DNA of 63,514 nt, filler included, from Octopus bimaculoides (lineage: Eukaryota), in the NCBI RefSeq assembly GCF_001194135.2. It is 6 parts of 6 records of this genome, joined end to end, with 100 filler letters (N's around TTAATTAATTAA, not from the genome) between each part and the next. Parts side by side here need not be neighbours in the genome. Positions count along the whole stretch, not along the records: positions 1 to 10,960 come from NC_068987.1; positions 11,061 to 26,721 come from NC_068990.1; 4 more parts are not named here. One strand, 5' to 3'. The number at the start of each line of letters is the position of its first letter. The first letter of the stretch is position 1. This document shows, piece after piece, positions 1 through 12,140 of this stretch. A program made the position numbers and the translations under genes. The notes below the pieces were generated by a model that saw nothing but the letters and a program-made list of their open reading frames with translations, was not told where the DNA came from and ran no database searches.

Positions 1-140
1 CTACAATCTCCTCTACTACAATCTCCTCTACTACAATCATCGCTTCGCAGCCCCAACCCACCACATCTGAATCTAGCACCGACTCTGCCATTATCACCAC
101 CACCACCACCACCACCATCACCAACACTAACACCCCAGCC

Positions 141-500
141 ACCACATGATTCCGGGTTCGGTCCCATGCGTGGCACCTTGGGCAAGTGTCTTCTACTATA
201 GCTTCGGGTCGACTAAAGCCTTGTGAGTGGATTTGGTAGACGGAAACTGAAAGAAGATCGTCGTGTATATATATGTATGTATATGTTTGTGAGTCCATGT
301 TTGTCCCCCAACATCGCTTGACATCCGACGTTGGTGTGTTTACGTCCCCGTAACTTAGCGGTTCGGCAAAAGAGACCGATAGAATAAGTACTAGGCTTAC
401 AAGGAATAAGTCCTGGGATCGATTTGGTCGACTAAAGCGGTGCTCCAGCATGGTCGCAGTCAAATGACTGAAACAAGTAAAAGAGTTAAAAGAGACAGAG
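141..500 (+). mobile_element. tRNA-derived SINE family A (internal microsatellite, AAAAGAGT tail)
   Basis: B-box-like GGTTCGGTCCC, core GGCAAGTGTCTTCTACTATAGC...GAAAGAAG, internal (TA/TG)n, and 3' GGTGCTCCAGCATGG...GACTGAAACAAGTAAAAGAG. Matches many other copies in the window. Confidence 0.85.
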
Positions 501-509
501 TTAGCAGTG

Positions 510-1010
510 GGGTCGATGTAATCGACTTAACCGTTCCCCCCGAAATTTCAGGCCTTGTACCTGTTGTAGAAAGGAATGTGATTATGATTAATTAAGGCGG
601 CGAACACGCCGGGTAAAATGCTTAGCGATATTTCGTCCGTCTTTACGTTCGAATTCCGCCGAGGTCGGCTTTTCCTTTCATCCATTTCGGGGGTCAATAA
701 AACACGTATCAATTGTGCCAAAATTTGAAGCCAATCTATTTATTATTAATTCGTTTTTAACAGTAGAACTCGAAGTAGATATTGCTACAAGTACTCGTTT
801 CTACTTATACGCACAAGGCCTGAAATTTGGCGAGTGGAATCCAGTCGATTACATGGAATGCGTTACGAAACTAGTATTTATTTTATCGACCCTCGAAAGA
901 ATAAAAGGCAAGCTCGTGCTGGGCTGGATTTGAACTCAGGACGTAAAGCCTCCCCCACCCACCAATGATGCTACGAATTTGTCCGATGAAGTAACGATTC
1001 TGTCAGCTCG
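510..1010. mobile_element. Two or more SINE family B copies (Nin/Deu-domain-like), opposite orientations
   Basis: gaaatgcttagc..tatttcgtccgtctttacgttc..gaattccgccgaggtcg.ctttgcctttcatcc..tcggggtcgataaa. The GCCTTTCATCCTTTCGGGGTCGATAAA block resembles the Nin/Deu SINE domain (from recall). Confidence 0.75.
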
Positions 1011-1094
1011 CCGCTTTAGATAGTGTTATAAATAATCCTTTCTGCTAAAGGCACAAGGTCTGAAATTTTGTATTAAGGAAACGCTCGAAGAAGG

Positions 1095-3385
1095 ACGAAA
1101 AATGGAAGAAACGGCAGTTGTTCAAACCCTCAACCAGTTATGTAAAACTATAGAAACAGTGATGCTCCAGAAACCGGAACAAGATTCAAAAATTGAACGA
1201 AAAGATAACATCAACCTGCAACGAGAAACCGCTGCAATCGAAAACACTGTTAAACATATATGGAACCAAAATCTCACAGCCTGTAAATTTGCCTTTTGGA
1301 ACTTCATTAAAAATAATGGCAAAGCGGAAATATATGAAAAATAGCTCAATTCAACACTGATCATCCTCCCAAAGAAACTACAAATAAAATCTATCGCTAA
1401 TGAACCCGAACAACAACAAAAACTTAGAGAAAAGATGGCTCTCGACAAATTCAGAATGGAAATCCAGCTATTACAGCTAAGAGCAAATTCCAACGAAGAA
1501 AAATTAAAACGATTGATGACAAATGAAAACAGAAATTTCAAAAACATCCGAAGGTTGAGAAAACAATATTAAACTCTGGAGAGAAAAATGTGAAAACGAG
1601 GAATTAACATCTCTTCAACGATGGGAGAGAAGTGCTCTTTGGTTCTCCAGTTATGAATCTCATTTCAAAAACTGAAGAAAGTTAAATTCCACAAACCGCA
1701 TTCGCAACGGATTAATCAAACTCCTAAATATTTAAATTATAGTCACCAGTTCCATAAGGACAATTCAAGACTACTTCGACAACAAAATAATCCAACTAAA
1801 AGAATCGAAGTTTTCCCTCCGACTAGACTGAATTTCCCCAGAACCGAAGAGATACACAACGGATAACATATATCAACTTAAATGACAATTACGGAAAGAA
1901 ACAACCACAATCCAAAACAACAAATGTACGAAATCGATATAAAAGAGGACAAGTTAACAGAGAAAATGTTCTAGGATATATAAATAGTAATAAAACGAAA
2001 ACTGTGCAAAATCATTTTTTAGAACCAACCGACACCAGATGATACAAAACGAAGATGAAAAACCAAAGATAAAATGAAATCCCAGGCAGAACTGAAAAGA
2101 GTTTCATCACTGAAGGATTAAAGATTATCCTCGAAAACAACATTTTTGACTTCGATAGCAATATTTACAAACAAATATCTGGGAGTCCCAGATATTTGTT
2201 GGGACTGCGCTGGGGATAAAAGTTGCTCCGACTACGCCAATCTAGTCATGGCATACATGGAGGTCCAAATATATGAACAATCTAGATTAATATATGGCTT
2301 GAACTTCCACAAATATCTACTAGAAAGCTGGAAACGTTACTTAGATGATTGCCTAATCCTATGGACGCGCACATTTGAACAACTTATAGATTTAAAAAAT
2401 CTAACCGACAACATAAACTATAATATTAACTTTACCATGGAATACAGTAAAACTCAACTACCATTCCTGGACATACTAACCATCAAAAGAGATAAAAACA
2501 TTGAAACAGATATTCATTACCAACAAACAGATTCTAAACAATACTTGCTGTTCTCCTCATGCCATCTCAAATGCACGAAGGATAATATCCCCTGTAATCT
2601 TGCAAGAAGAAACTGCACAATTGTCTCAGACCCTCAAACACACAATAAAAGACTCCAGGAATTAAAACAAGTACTACTTAAAAGACAATATCCATTAATG
2701 CTAATAGATAACGGAATAGAACGTGCCAAAGCAATGAATATCGAAGAACTATGAAAAATAATAAAAAAACGCTTTAGACACATCCAATACGCCATCCTTT
2801 ATTACAACACACAACCCAAGAAACACAGGTCTACAATATTATCCACCAGAGCATCTCACTACTAAAACAAGACCCAAGAATGAAACAAGCATTCGAAATA
2901 CACAGAATAATCAAGAGTAAAAGATAAAGTCCCCACAAAAATTCCTCAAAAGGGCTAAATTACTTTCCACAATTCCTACACCAACAGTCAAAATGTGTTG
3001 CTGCCCCAATTGCGGGACCTGCATCAACCTTATTCAAGACACAACATATAAATTCAAATCAGGACAAACTTTTTTACCGTAAGAAATCACATTACATGTT
3101 CTTCAGGGAATTTCGTATACACTTTCAAATGTCAAAGATGTAATGAAGATTACATAAGTCAAGCAAAACTTACTCTAAAAATAGACTGAACATTCACCGA
3201 CAACAAATACGTGACCCAATACTAGACAGATTCTACTGAGTGGACACATAGATATATGTGCAAAAAATAACTCTTCCCCCAAATTCTAGGTCTTCCCATG
3301 TTCAGCGAATACCACGGATGAAGCACGGATAAACAAAGAAAATACTTTCATACAAAAGTACAAACCAAGACTTAACAGACTTTAG
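1095..3385 (+). mobile_element. Penelope-like retroelement relic 1 (RT + GIY-YIG endonuclease), frameshifted and internally deleted
   Basis: RT pieces LKIILENNIFDFD..IYKQISG, (G)IKVAP/YANLVMAY, WKRYLDDCLILW and thumb LPFLDILTIKRDKNIETDIHYQQTDSKQYLLFSSCH (2100-2754). GIY-YIG pieces YTFKCQRCNEDYISQ..., RLNIHRQQIRD and INKEKYFIQKYKPRLNRL* (stop 3383-3385). The upstream Q/N/K-rich frame at 1102-2060 is broken by stops. Confidence 0.88.
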
Positions 3386-3439
3386 CACAGTACATACACA
3401 AATAACTATTCACACACAAAGCTCATTCTGCCACTTATC

Positions 3440-3482
3440 ATGAAGAAGCCACACAGCTCGCAAGCTAAATTTTAAGCACTGG
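3440..3482 (+). ncRNA. Degenerate hammerhead-ribozyme-like remnant in the Penelope 3' region
   Basis: ATGAAGA-A-GC-cacaca-GC-t-CGCAAG-CTAAATTTTAAG-CACTG, ~55 nt after the GIY-YIG stop, where PLE hammerheads typically lie. The core is mutated (no intact CUGA or GAAA). Confidence 0.25.
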
Positions 3483-4189
3483 ACAAAAAACGACTCCTGT
3501 CTATTTTCCCACCAGACAAATTAAATTTGGAGTGCCTTGATTATAACTAAACATGTTCACTCAACTGTGTCGACCTTCTTTTTTAGGCGCAAAATATACT
3601 GCTACGTGACACTAAGGCAGGGACGTAGCGGGAAACATATAGAAGGTTATAAACCTAATCATGCATTCATTCTCTACAAACACTTGACAGAAAACATTCA
3701 GAGCGTTGATTGTTTGGACATGTTCAGTCAACCGTGACAGCCTTACCTTAAGACGCCAAACATTGTCACTTGATACTAACACACGGACGTAGCGGGGAAC
3801 CTGCAAAAATTTCTAAGACCAGTTACGTGACTATCATCTAACAATCAAATCCTATTCAAAACATATACTAATTTGAGCCATGAATTCCCTATAAAAATAG
3901 AGCAAGCTTCAAACAATAGTCAGAAGCAAGACTAGTAATTGTCATTGCTTTATAAATGCCCGTTCTTTTAATACAATTGCATTTCATCTTATTCTTCATG
4001 TTTTCCATTATCAATATTCGAGCTTCATTCAAGTTACATGCCTTGCTAACATTCTTCCCACATGCACCCAATATGTATACTTACGCATATATACTTTAGA
4101 AATATATGTTACAGTGATATCAAACCAACGTAAGGCATGTTACCTTAAAGATAGCGTGTCAAACCACTGCGTGCGTATATATATATATC

Positions 4190-4516
4190 TCTCTTTTACT
4201 CTTTTACTTGTTTCAGTCTTTTGACTGTGGCCATGCTGGAGCACCGCCTTTAGTCGAGCAAATCGACCCCAGGACTTATTCTTTGGAAGCCTAGTACTTA
4301 TTCTATCGGTCTCTTTTGCCGAACCGCTAAGTTACGGGGACATAAACACACCAGCATCGATTGTCAAGCGATGCTGGGGGGACAAACACAGACATACAAA
4401 CACATACACACATACATATATATATATATACATATATACGACAGGCTTCTTTCAGTTTCTGTCTACCAAATCCACTCACAAGGCTTTGGTCAGCCCGAGG
4501 CTATAGTAGAAGACAC
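4190..4516 (-). mobile_element. SINE family A, truncated by a gap
   Basis: Reverse complement of the 141-500 element. Confidence 0.85.
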
Positions 4517-5412
4517 NNNNNNNNNNNNNNNNNNNNNNNNNNNNNNNNNNNNNNNNNNNNNNNNNNNNNNNNNNNNNNNNNNNNNNNNNNNNNNNNNNNN
4601 NNNNNNNNNNNNNNNNNNNNNNNNNNNNNNNNNNNNNNNNNNNNNNNNNNNNNNNNNNNNNNNNNNNNNNNNNNNNNNNNNNNNNNNNNNNNNNNNNNNN
4701 NNNNNNNNNNNNNNNNNNNNNNNNNNNNNNNNNNNNNNNNNNNNNNNNNNNNNNNNNNNNNNNNNNNNNNNNNNNNNNNNNNNNNNNNNNNNNNNNNNNN
4801 NNNNNNNNNNNNNNNNNNNNNNNNNNNNNNNNNNNNNNNNNNNNNNNNNNNNNNNNNNNNNNNNNNNNNNNNNNNNNNNNNNNNNNNNNNNNNNNNNNNN
4901 NNNNNNNNNNNNNNNNNNNNNNNNNNNNNNNNNNNNNNNNNNNNNNNNNNNNNNNNNNNNNNNNNNNNNNNNNNNNNNNNNNNNNNNNNNNNNNNNNNNN
5001 NNNNNNNNNNNNNNNNNNNNNNNNNNNNNNNNNNNNNNNNNNNNNNNNNNNNNNNNNNNNNNNNNNNNNNNNNNNNNNNNNNNNNNNNNNNNNNNNNNNN
5101 NNNNNNNNNNNNNNNNNNNNNNNNNNNNNNNNNNNNNNNNNNNNNNNNNNNNNNNNNNNNNNNNNNNNNNNNNNNNNNNNNNNNNNNNNNNNNNNNNNNN
5201 NNNNNNNNNNNNNNNNNNNNNNNNNNNNNNNNNNNNNNNNNNNNNNNNNNNNNNNNNNNNNNNNNNNNNNNNNNNNNNNNNNNNNNNNNNNNNNNNNNNN
5301 NNNNNNNNNNNNNNNNNNNNNNNNNNNNNNNNNNNNNNNNNNNNNNNNNNNNNNNNNNNNNNNNNNNNNNNNNNNNNNNNNNNNNNNNNNNNNNNNNNNN
5401 NNNNNNNNNNNN

Positions 5413-5462
<50 letters not shown>

Positions 5463-5705
5463 GCGTGCGAAGTGCCTGTATGTTCTCACACAGACATACA
5501 TACGCACACTCAAACTCACACACACACGCACACTCATACACACACTTGTATTCAAACAAACATCTAATAGATACAAGTGCAGTCTATCCTATCGCCGCAG
5601 TGACCGCACCATTTAAACTTTATTAGCACAGGTGTTGTTAAACCTCCGTGTGATCTAAACCAGGTAGGAGAGAATGTGGATGGGGAAGTGTTTTTGTTTA
5701 CATAC

Positions 5706-5809
5706 CCTTGTTGAGCCCATAGCACTGTAGAACAGGGGTGGCGTTTGGGTAGATGATGCTCTGACAGCCGTGATACTCCCGTTTCAGTGTTTTGGAAATG
5801 TCACTGAAT
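5706..5809 (-). CDS. Orphan candidate coding exon, product unknown
   Basis: Acceptor ctcctcacacctcttag|, donor AAGG|GTATGT, 104 nt. Only one frame is open (phase 2 in, phase 1 out): FSDISKTLKREYHGCQSIIYPNATPVLQCYGLNK. It is more GC-rich than its flanks. I do not recognise a homologue. Confidence 0.4.
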
Positions 5810-6448
5810 CTAAGAGGTGTGAGGAGCACGATAGACATTTAAATATCTACCATATCTTGTGTCCGACGTTCAATGTATACAGAGATACGTGAGTTTTTAT
5901 GTATGTATGTATCTATGTATGTATGTGTGTGTATGCATGCGTGCATGTATGTATGTACATATGTACGTACGTATGTATGAGTGTAAATATATAACTATAT
6001 ATATATANNNNNNNNNNNNNNNNNNNNNNNNNNNNNNNNNNNNNNNNNNNNNNNNNNNNNNNNNNNNNNNNNNNNNNNNNNNNNNNNNNNNNNNNNNNNN
6101 NNNNNNNNNNNNNNNNNNNNNNNNNNNNNNNNNNNNNNNNNNNNNNNNNNNNNNNNNNNNNNNNNNNNNNNNNNNNNNNNNNNNNNNNNNNNNNNNNNNN
6201 NNNNNNNNNNNNNNNNNNNNNNNNNNNNNNNNNNNNNNNNNNNNNNNNNNNNNNNNNNNNNNNNNNNNNNNNNNNNNNNNNNNNNNNNNNNNNNNNNNNN
6301 NNNNNNNNNNNNNNNNNNNNNNNNNNNNNNNNNNNNNNNNNNNNNNNNNNNNNNNNNNNNNNNNNNNNNNNNNNNNNNNNNNNNNNNNNNNNNNNNNNNN
6401 NNNNNNNNNNNNNNNNNNNNNNNNNNNNNNNNNNNNNNNNNNNNNNNN

Positions 6449-6494
<46 letters not shown>

Positions 6495-6769
6495 TGTATA
6501 AACCCATGCAGAGAAAGAGGAGCCATGTTGCCTGTGTAATGTTACAAAAATAAGAAGTACTCAATACACATGCCTGAAATTGACGGAGATTAGTTTATGT
6601 TAGATTATGCATCGCCTGTTTATTTGGCACAAATTAACACATCACAGCATGTAGGCGCCCAACCTACACGCATATACAGACATACACACACACTCACACA
6701 CACGCACACAAACACACACAATCACATGCGCACTCATATAATATATATGTAGTATGTATAATATATCAC

Positions 6770-7265
6770 TCTCTTACTTGTCTCAGTCCAGTCATTAGAC
6801 TACGACCATGTTTGAGCACCGCCTTAAAGGCTTTTAGTCGAACAAATCGACTCAGGAGTAAGCCTTGTACTTATTCTACCTTGTTCTTCTTGCCGAACTG
6901 CTGGTTTACGGGGACGTAAACACACTAACATCAGTTGTCAAGCGATGGCGGGAGAACAAACACAGACACAAACACACAGAGAGATACGTATACATATATA
7001 TACGACAGGCTTCCTTCAATTTCCATCTACCAAATCCACTCACGCGGCTTTGGTTGCTTCGAAGTTACATTAGAAGACACTTCCACAATGTGCTACCTGG
7101 AGCTACACGACGGGCTTCTTTCAGTTTACGGCTACCAAATCCACTTACAAGGCTCTGGTCAGCCCAAGGCTATAGCAGAAGACACTTGTCCAATGTGCCA
7201 CGCAATCGGACTGAACCCGGAACCATGTAGTTGGGAAGCAAAGGATTTCTTAATCCGAACTACGG
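6770..7265 (-). mobile_element. SINE family A with duplicated core domain
   Basis: The core (cgacaggcttc...agaagacactt) occurs twice, at ~7003-7097 and ~7108-7200. Confidence 0.8.
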
Positions 7266-7509
7266 TTTCGTTCGATCCCCCCTTTGGATGATCGTAAACG
7301 TCACTAGATTAGAAGTAAAAGGAAAAGATTGATTTTAAGTTGTGTTCTGTAGACCAGCAGCTGTAGTCAGAAGGTTTCGTTTAAAATTCTCTTACCCGGT
7401 CGAGCATTGCGTTCGTATATAAACAATGCATGGAAACATTATAGAATAGTGTTAATGTAAAGAATATATATTCACTTCTTGATGAATAACATTCTATTAT
7501 CACTCAGGT

Positions 7510-7790
7510 TAAAAGGTAAAGACACTCTTCGGTCATGAATAACCATGGGATTACAACTAGAAAGTTACCCTCCGAGGCACAAGTCCTAGCAAGTTTGTTT
7601 ACGGGAAAGGCCGAGACCAGTGACGCCGCAACTCATTTCTACAGATGAGTGAACTGCAGCAACGTGAAATAAAGTGTCTTGCTCAAGAATACAACACACA
7701 GCTCGGTCCCGGTATCGAACTCACTACCTCATGATTGTGATAGCGATACTCTAACTACTCAGCGATGAAGGCCTGGTCAACTTTATTGAG
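7510..7790 (-). mobile_element. tRNA-derived SINE, family C type (related copy at 12330-12660)
   Basis: Minus strand B box GTTCGATACC. Shares gagcaacgtgaaataaagtgtcttgctcaagaa with 12540-12590 and 40680-40710. Confidence 0.8.
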
Positions 7791-9819
7791 TACACAGATA
7801 AGACTATACATGCGACAAAACGTTCTCGCTTTCACGTCCCAAAAATATCAGGCACAAAACAAAGAACTATATGCATTTTAAAGCAACCTCTTTGGCTTAA
7901 ACTAAATATAGATTTAATAACAAAAATCTCAAAGCATTTAACTTCTTAAATTGTGGACCGTAGAGGAAGAGCAATGTCTTTGATATTTGTTGGGGACTCT
8001 GTGACCAGTAAGCGTAATGTCGCTTTGGTTATATCTAAATTGCACATAAAGAAGTGCAAAGAAAATCTAAAGCAGAAGGCCGATGTCGCGGAGAGAAAGA
8101 ACTGAGAAAAATAGTGCTGAGCCGATAATAGAAGCTTGTCGAGATGCTTACATTTTGTGACAGTCTCCGATCAAGAATTTAATAGGTCGGTGGCATTCTA
8201 AGACTTAAAAATCATATGAGTTTCTTTGACTATACTTTAGAGGATACTTGAATCTTAAGATGATCTCTTCTTCTAATATGGAGCTGATCATAATTGCTTC
8301 TCAAACTATTTGATGTGGTGTATCGGTAGTTTTATTTTTTCCAATGTGTCAGGGACCGGAAATATTTCTTAGTAATATTAGTTTATACTGGAAACAATAT
8401 ATATAATGAATATGATAAAAGTTAACAATTTTTTTATCTTATATTTATTTTGTAAACAAGTAATACAATATTACATAAGCATTTTATAAGCATTTCATAA
8501 GCATTTTAAGATGTTTCTTTCTTTTCTGGAAACTCGCCGCGTACCGGCAGCCAATGGCTGGCGAACTAGCACTGGACCGCGGACCAATACTTTGAGTGGA
8601 AGAAAAGGTAATATAAATGAATTAAGAATATATGTTGTAGAGTATTTGTTATGCCTGTATTTGTCTGCTTTTCAAATACATGTCACTGACTACTCTGGCT
8701 TATTTCTCTTACCACACACACACACGCACACACACAAATACAGAAACACACACAGGCACACAAACACACACACACACAAATACATGCTCGTACATACACA
8801 CCCGCACAACAAAATCACAACGCTAGTTATAAAAAATAAAGCAAAACTGTTACTAAATTTATAGATTATGTATCATTCAAATGCTAAGAGCCTTTTCAAT
8901 CACGATATGTGTATGTGTGTGTGCTGTGCCTCAATGTGTTTGTGTGTGGTGGGGTGTATTACTAATGCACTACTCAGCATATTTTGGACGTAGGATAATG
9001 CGTCATTAATAGGTTAACCAGTTTATATTAATCAATTATTTATCAATTAAGTGACAACGTTGTCAGCGCCCGGACTGTTATGCAAATAAGACAAAACCAG
9101 TTCAGCTTTGATCCACTTCGGGTTCCCTAAAGATGACATATAGAACTATATATATATATATATATATATATATNNNNNNNNNNNNNNNNNNNNNNNNNNN
9201 NNNNNNNNNNNNNNNNNNNNNNNNNNNNNNNNNNNNNNNNNNNNNNNNNNNNNNNNNNNNNNNNNNNNNNNNNNNNNNNNNNNNNNNNNNNNNNNNNNNN
9301 NNNNNNNNNNNNNNNNNNNNNNNNNNNNNNNNNNNNNNNNNNNNNNNNNNNNNNNNNNNNNNNNNNNNNNNNNNNNNNNNNNNNNNNNNNNNNNNNNNNN
9401 NNNNNNNNNNNNNNNNNNNNNNNNNNNNNNNNNNNNNNNNNNNNNNNNNNNNNNNNNNNNNNNNNNNNNNNNNNNNNNNNNNNNNNNNNNNNNNNNNNNN
9501 NNNNNNNNNNNNNNNNNNNNNNNNNNNNNNNNNNNNNNNNNNNNNNNNNNNNNNNNNNNNNNNNNNNNNNNNNNNNNNNNNNNNNNNNNNNNNNNNNNNN
9601 NNNNNNNNNNNNNNNNNNNNNNNNNNNNNNNNNNNNNNNNNNNNNNNNNNNNNNNNNNNNNNNNNNNNNNNNNNNNNNNNNNNNNNNNNNNNNNNNNNNN
9701 NNNNNNNNNNNNNNNNNNNNNNNNNNNNNNNNNNNNNNNNNNNNNNNNNNNNNNNNNNNNNAATATTATACATAATATATAGAGAAAGTGAGTAAAATAC
9801 ATATAGAAAGAGAATGGAA

Positions 9820-10060
9820 GGCGGTGAGCTGGCAGAAACGTTAGCACGCCGGGCGAAATGCTTAGCAGTATTTCGTCTGCCGTTACGTTGTGAGTTCAAA
9901 TTCCGCCGAAGTCGACTTTGCCTTTCATCCTTTCGGTGTCGATAAATAAAGTACCAGTTATGCACTGGGGTCGATGTAATCGACTTAATCCGTTTCTCTG
10001 TCCTTGTTTGTCCCCTGTGTGTAGCCCCTTGTGAGCAACAAAGAAATAAGATAGAAAGCG
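9820..10060 (+). mobile_element. SINE family B, near full length
   Basis: B-box-like GAGTTCAAATTCC, the Nin-like block, and tail gtcccctgtgtgtagcccctt...aaagaaataaga. Confidence 0.85.
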
Positions 10061-10780
10061 AATGGGGATATGGAGAGTGAACAGTAATAAATCCACGTGG
10101 AGACGGTTGCTCTTTTAGAACTTTAAAAATATGCTATTAATCAATCAGTTTTAGGATATATTTATTAATACGAGAATAATTATAAAACTCTCAGTGGATA
10201 AAATGTGAGTATTGTTAAGTGCTGGGAATAACAAACACTCAGCAGAAATTAAAATTGCCACTGAAAATATAACGGAAGTACATTTTGCAATATCTTTGAA
10301 ATATATAACTCAATTTAAAATACAATAAAAAAAAGGATTATTGATAAAGAGTTTTGACCCGAAATATTGGTTTCAAACTTTGGCACAAGGCCAGCTATTT
10401 CGAGGTGAGAGAGTAAGTCGATTACAATGACTACATTGTAATCATCCCAGGAACAAGGACTGTGATCCTAAAAATTATGTAATTTGTGGAAACGCGCAAA
10501 GCGATGCATTAAATGTCTATAAATTTCATCCTGGGATTATCGTTATAATGTGCGTGCGTGTGTGCGTGTGTGTCGAAGGTCAATTTGTCAGAAAACGCAA
10601 AAGAAAATCACTACATCAAATCTAAAACAAGCTGAAAAATCTAGCAGAAGATTTGATTTGGGTTATCGCAAACGAGAAAAATTTCGACCAATATCAAAAA
10701 GTTAACAAAAGAAATGACAGATGATTATGAGCAGACCCTTCTTTCGCTGCTCCTCCCCTTCTCGTCTATCTCCCGTCCGC

Positions 10781-10960
10781 TACCGCAGATAGTTTAGATC
10801 TCATATAGAAGAAATTGTTGAAGCTGAAGGTGGCTTTATTGAATAACATTATAGAAAAGGTTTACTTTTATCCTCATAAATTTTGGGATAAATAAAGTGA
10901 TCTGTTATTAAAATATCTGTTTTAGATAAACATAAATCTATCTTCAAATATCTTACGCCC
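10781..10960 (+). mobile_element. Tc1/mariner transposase C-terminal tail relic
   Basis: YRR*FRSHIEEIVEAEGGFIE* (stop 10844-10846) resembles the CRRFRxRxEAVxxAxGGxIE* end of DD37D/Tc1-like transposases. A possible decayed SPDCNPLDY-like block lies at 10443-10500. Confidence 0.5.
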
Positions 10961-11004
10961 NNNNNNNNNNNNNNNNNNNNNNNNNNNNNNNNNNNNNNNN
11001 NNNN

Positions 11005-11016
11005 TTAATTAATTAA
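11005..11016. other. Assembly spacer TTAATTAATTAA inside N gaps (also 26766, 51219, 57801, 62240)
   Basis: An identical 12-mer, palindromic with stops in all six frames, always embedded between N runs. Confidence 0.9.
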
Positions 11017-11060
11017 NNNNNNNNNNNNNNNNNNNNNNNNNNNNNNNNNNNNNNNNNNNN

Positions 11061-12140
11061 CAGTGATCAACTGGTACTATTTTATCGACACCGAAAAGAT
11101 GAATAATAATGTCATTTTAAGCGGAATTTGAACTCGGAACGTAAAAACAGAATAAATACCGCTAAGCATTTTGCCCCACGTGCTATCGATTCTGCCAGCT
11201 CACCGACTTGCTGATGATAATGATTAACTGAACGCAATATGCAAAAACAAAGAGCACCAGCTTGTCGTTCTGCCTTTCAGCCTCCCGGGGGGGGGGGATA
11301 AAATAAACGCTCGACATTGTGATCAAATGATCCCATACCCTCAAAATTGCTGACCTTGTGCCGGAATTTAAAACAAGTTTTTAAGGACCAGTCTTTCTCT
11401 GATTCTCTTATGGTTTGGCACCGGACCATCTTCTGCTTTTTCCTCCATAAATGGGGTCATTGGCATGTACTACCACCTTAGGCTATAGTGGATCTAGTAC
11501 TAATGAATACTATCGGTTAACATCAGGTTCCTCAAAAAATATTGAACTCGCGTGTTGGAGCCTAACCCTCCCTCACCCCAACTGAAGTTTAATGTGTTGC
11601 CCAGGACAGCGATGAATACCGTGTGAGTGAAAGTTGTTAGCTGGAATCCTTGTAGAATCCCATCGAAGGAAACGTTCTCGTTCTCCAGTGGTCGGAAAGT
11701 TTAATCTGCCGTTCTGTTTGACAGTCTCCCCACTATTACAACTTGACCCTTATATTGCTTTATCACATTGCCCATTGTTTAAAGCATTCTCATCAGGCCT
11801 TCTGTCTGGAAATAAATTGTTCTCATCTTCTCCACATTCCCAGTCTTAGAGTTTCTGAAATGATTCATCGATAGTTTTCTTCTTCCTGTGATTTAAACGA
11901 AAATAAAAAAAAATAAATTCAAGTAATAATGCTTTTAAATTTTGCCACAAGGCCAGCAAGTTCAGAGTTGAGGGTTAGTCGATTACATTGACCCCGGTGC
12001 TCAACTGGTACTTATTTTATCGACTCCGAAAAAATGAAAAGTAAAATGGACTCCCGGTGGGTTTGAAATCAGAGCGTTAAACGGAAAAAAATGCCGCTAA
12101 ACACTTTGCCCGGCTGTTAACAATTCTGGCAGTGCACTTC
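11061..12140. mobile_element. Decayed SINE family B copies (11061-11210, 11260-11390, 11930-12140) around an unidentified insert
   Basis: caactggtacttattttatcgac.ccgaaa..atgaa...atttgaactc is the reverse complement of family B. Confidence 0.65.

Noticed and set aside
7900-8590. Possible hAT/Charlie remnant (GGACCGCGGACCAATACTTTGAG resembles a Charlie-type end)
   Set aside because: No matching second TIR and no readable transposase motif.
11600-11890. Minus-strand ~100-codon frame with two stops (DWECGEDENNLFPDRRPDEN...RIPANNFHSHG), possible piggyBac N-terminus or exon
   Set aside because: No diagnostic motif recognised; cannot assign without a search.
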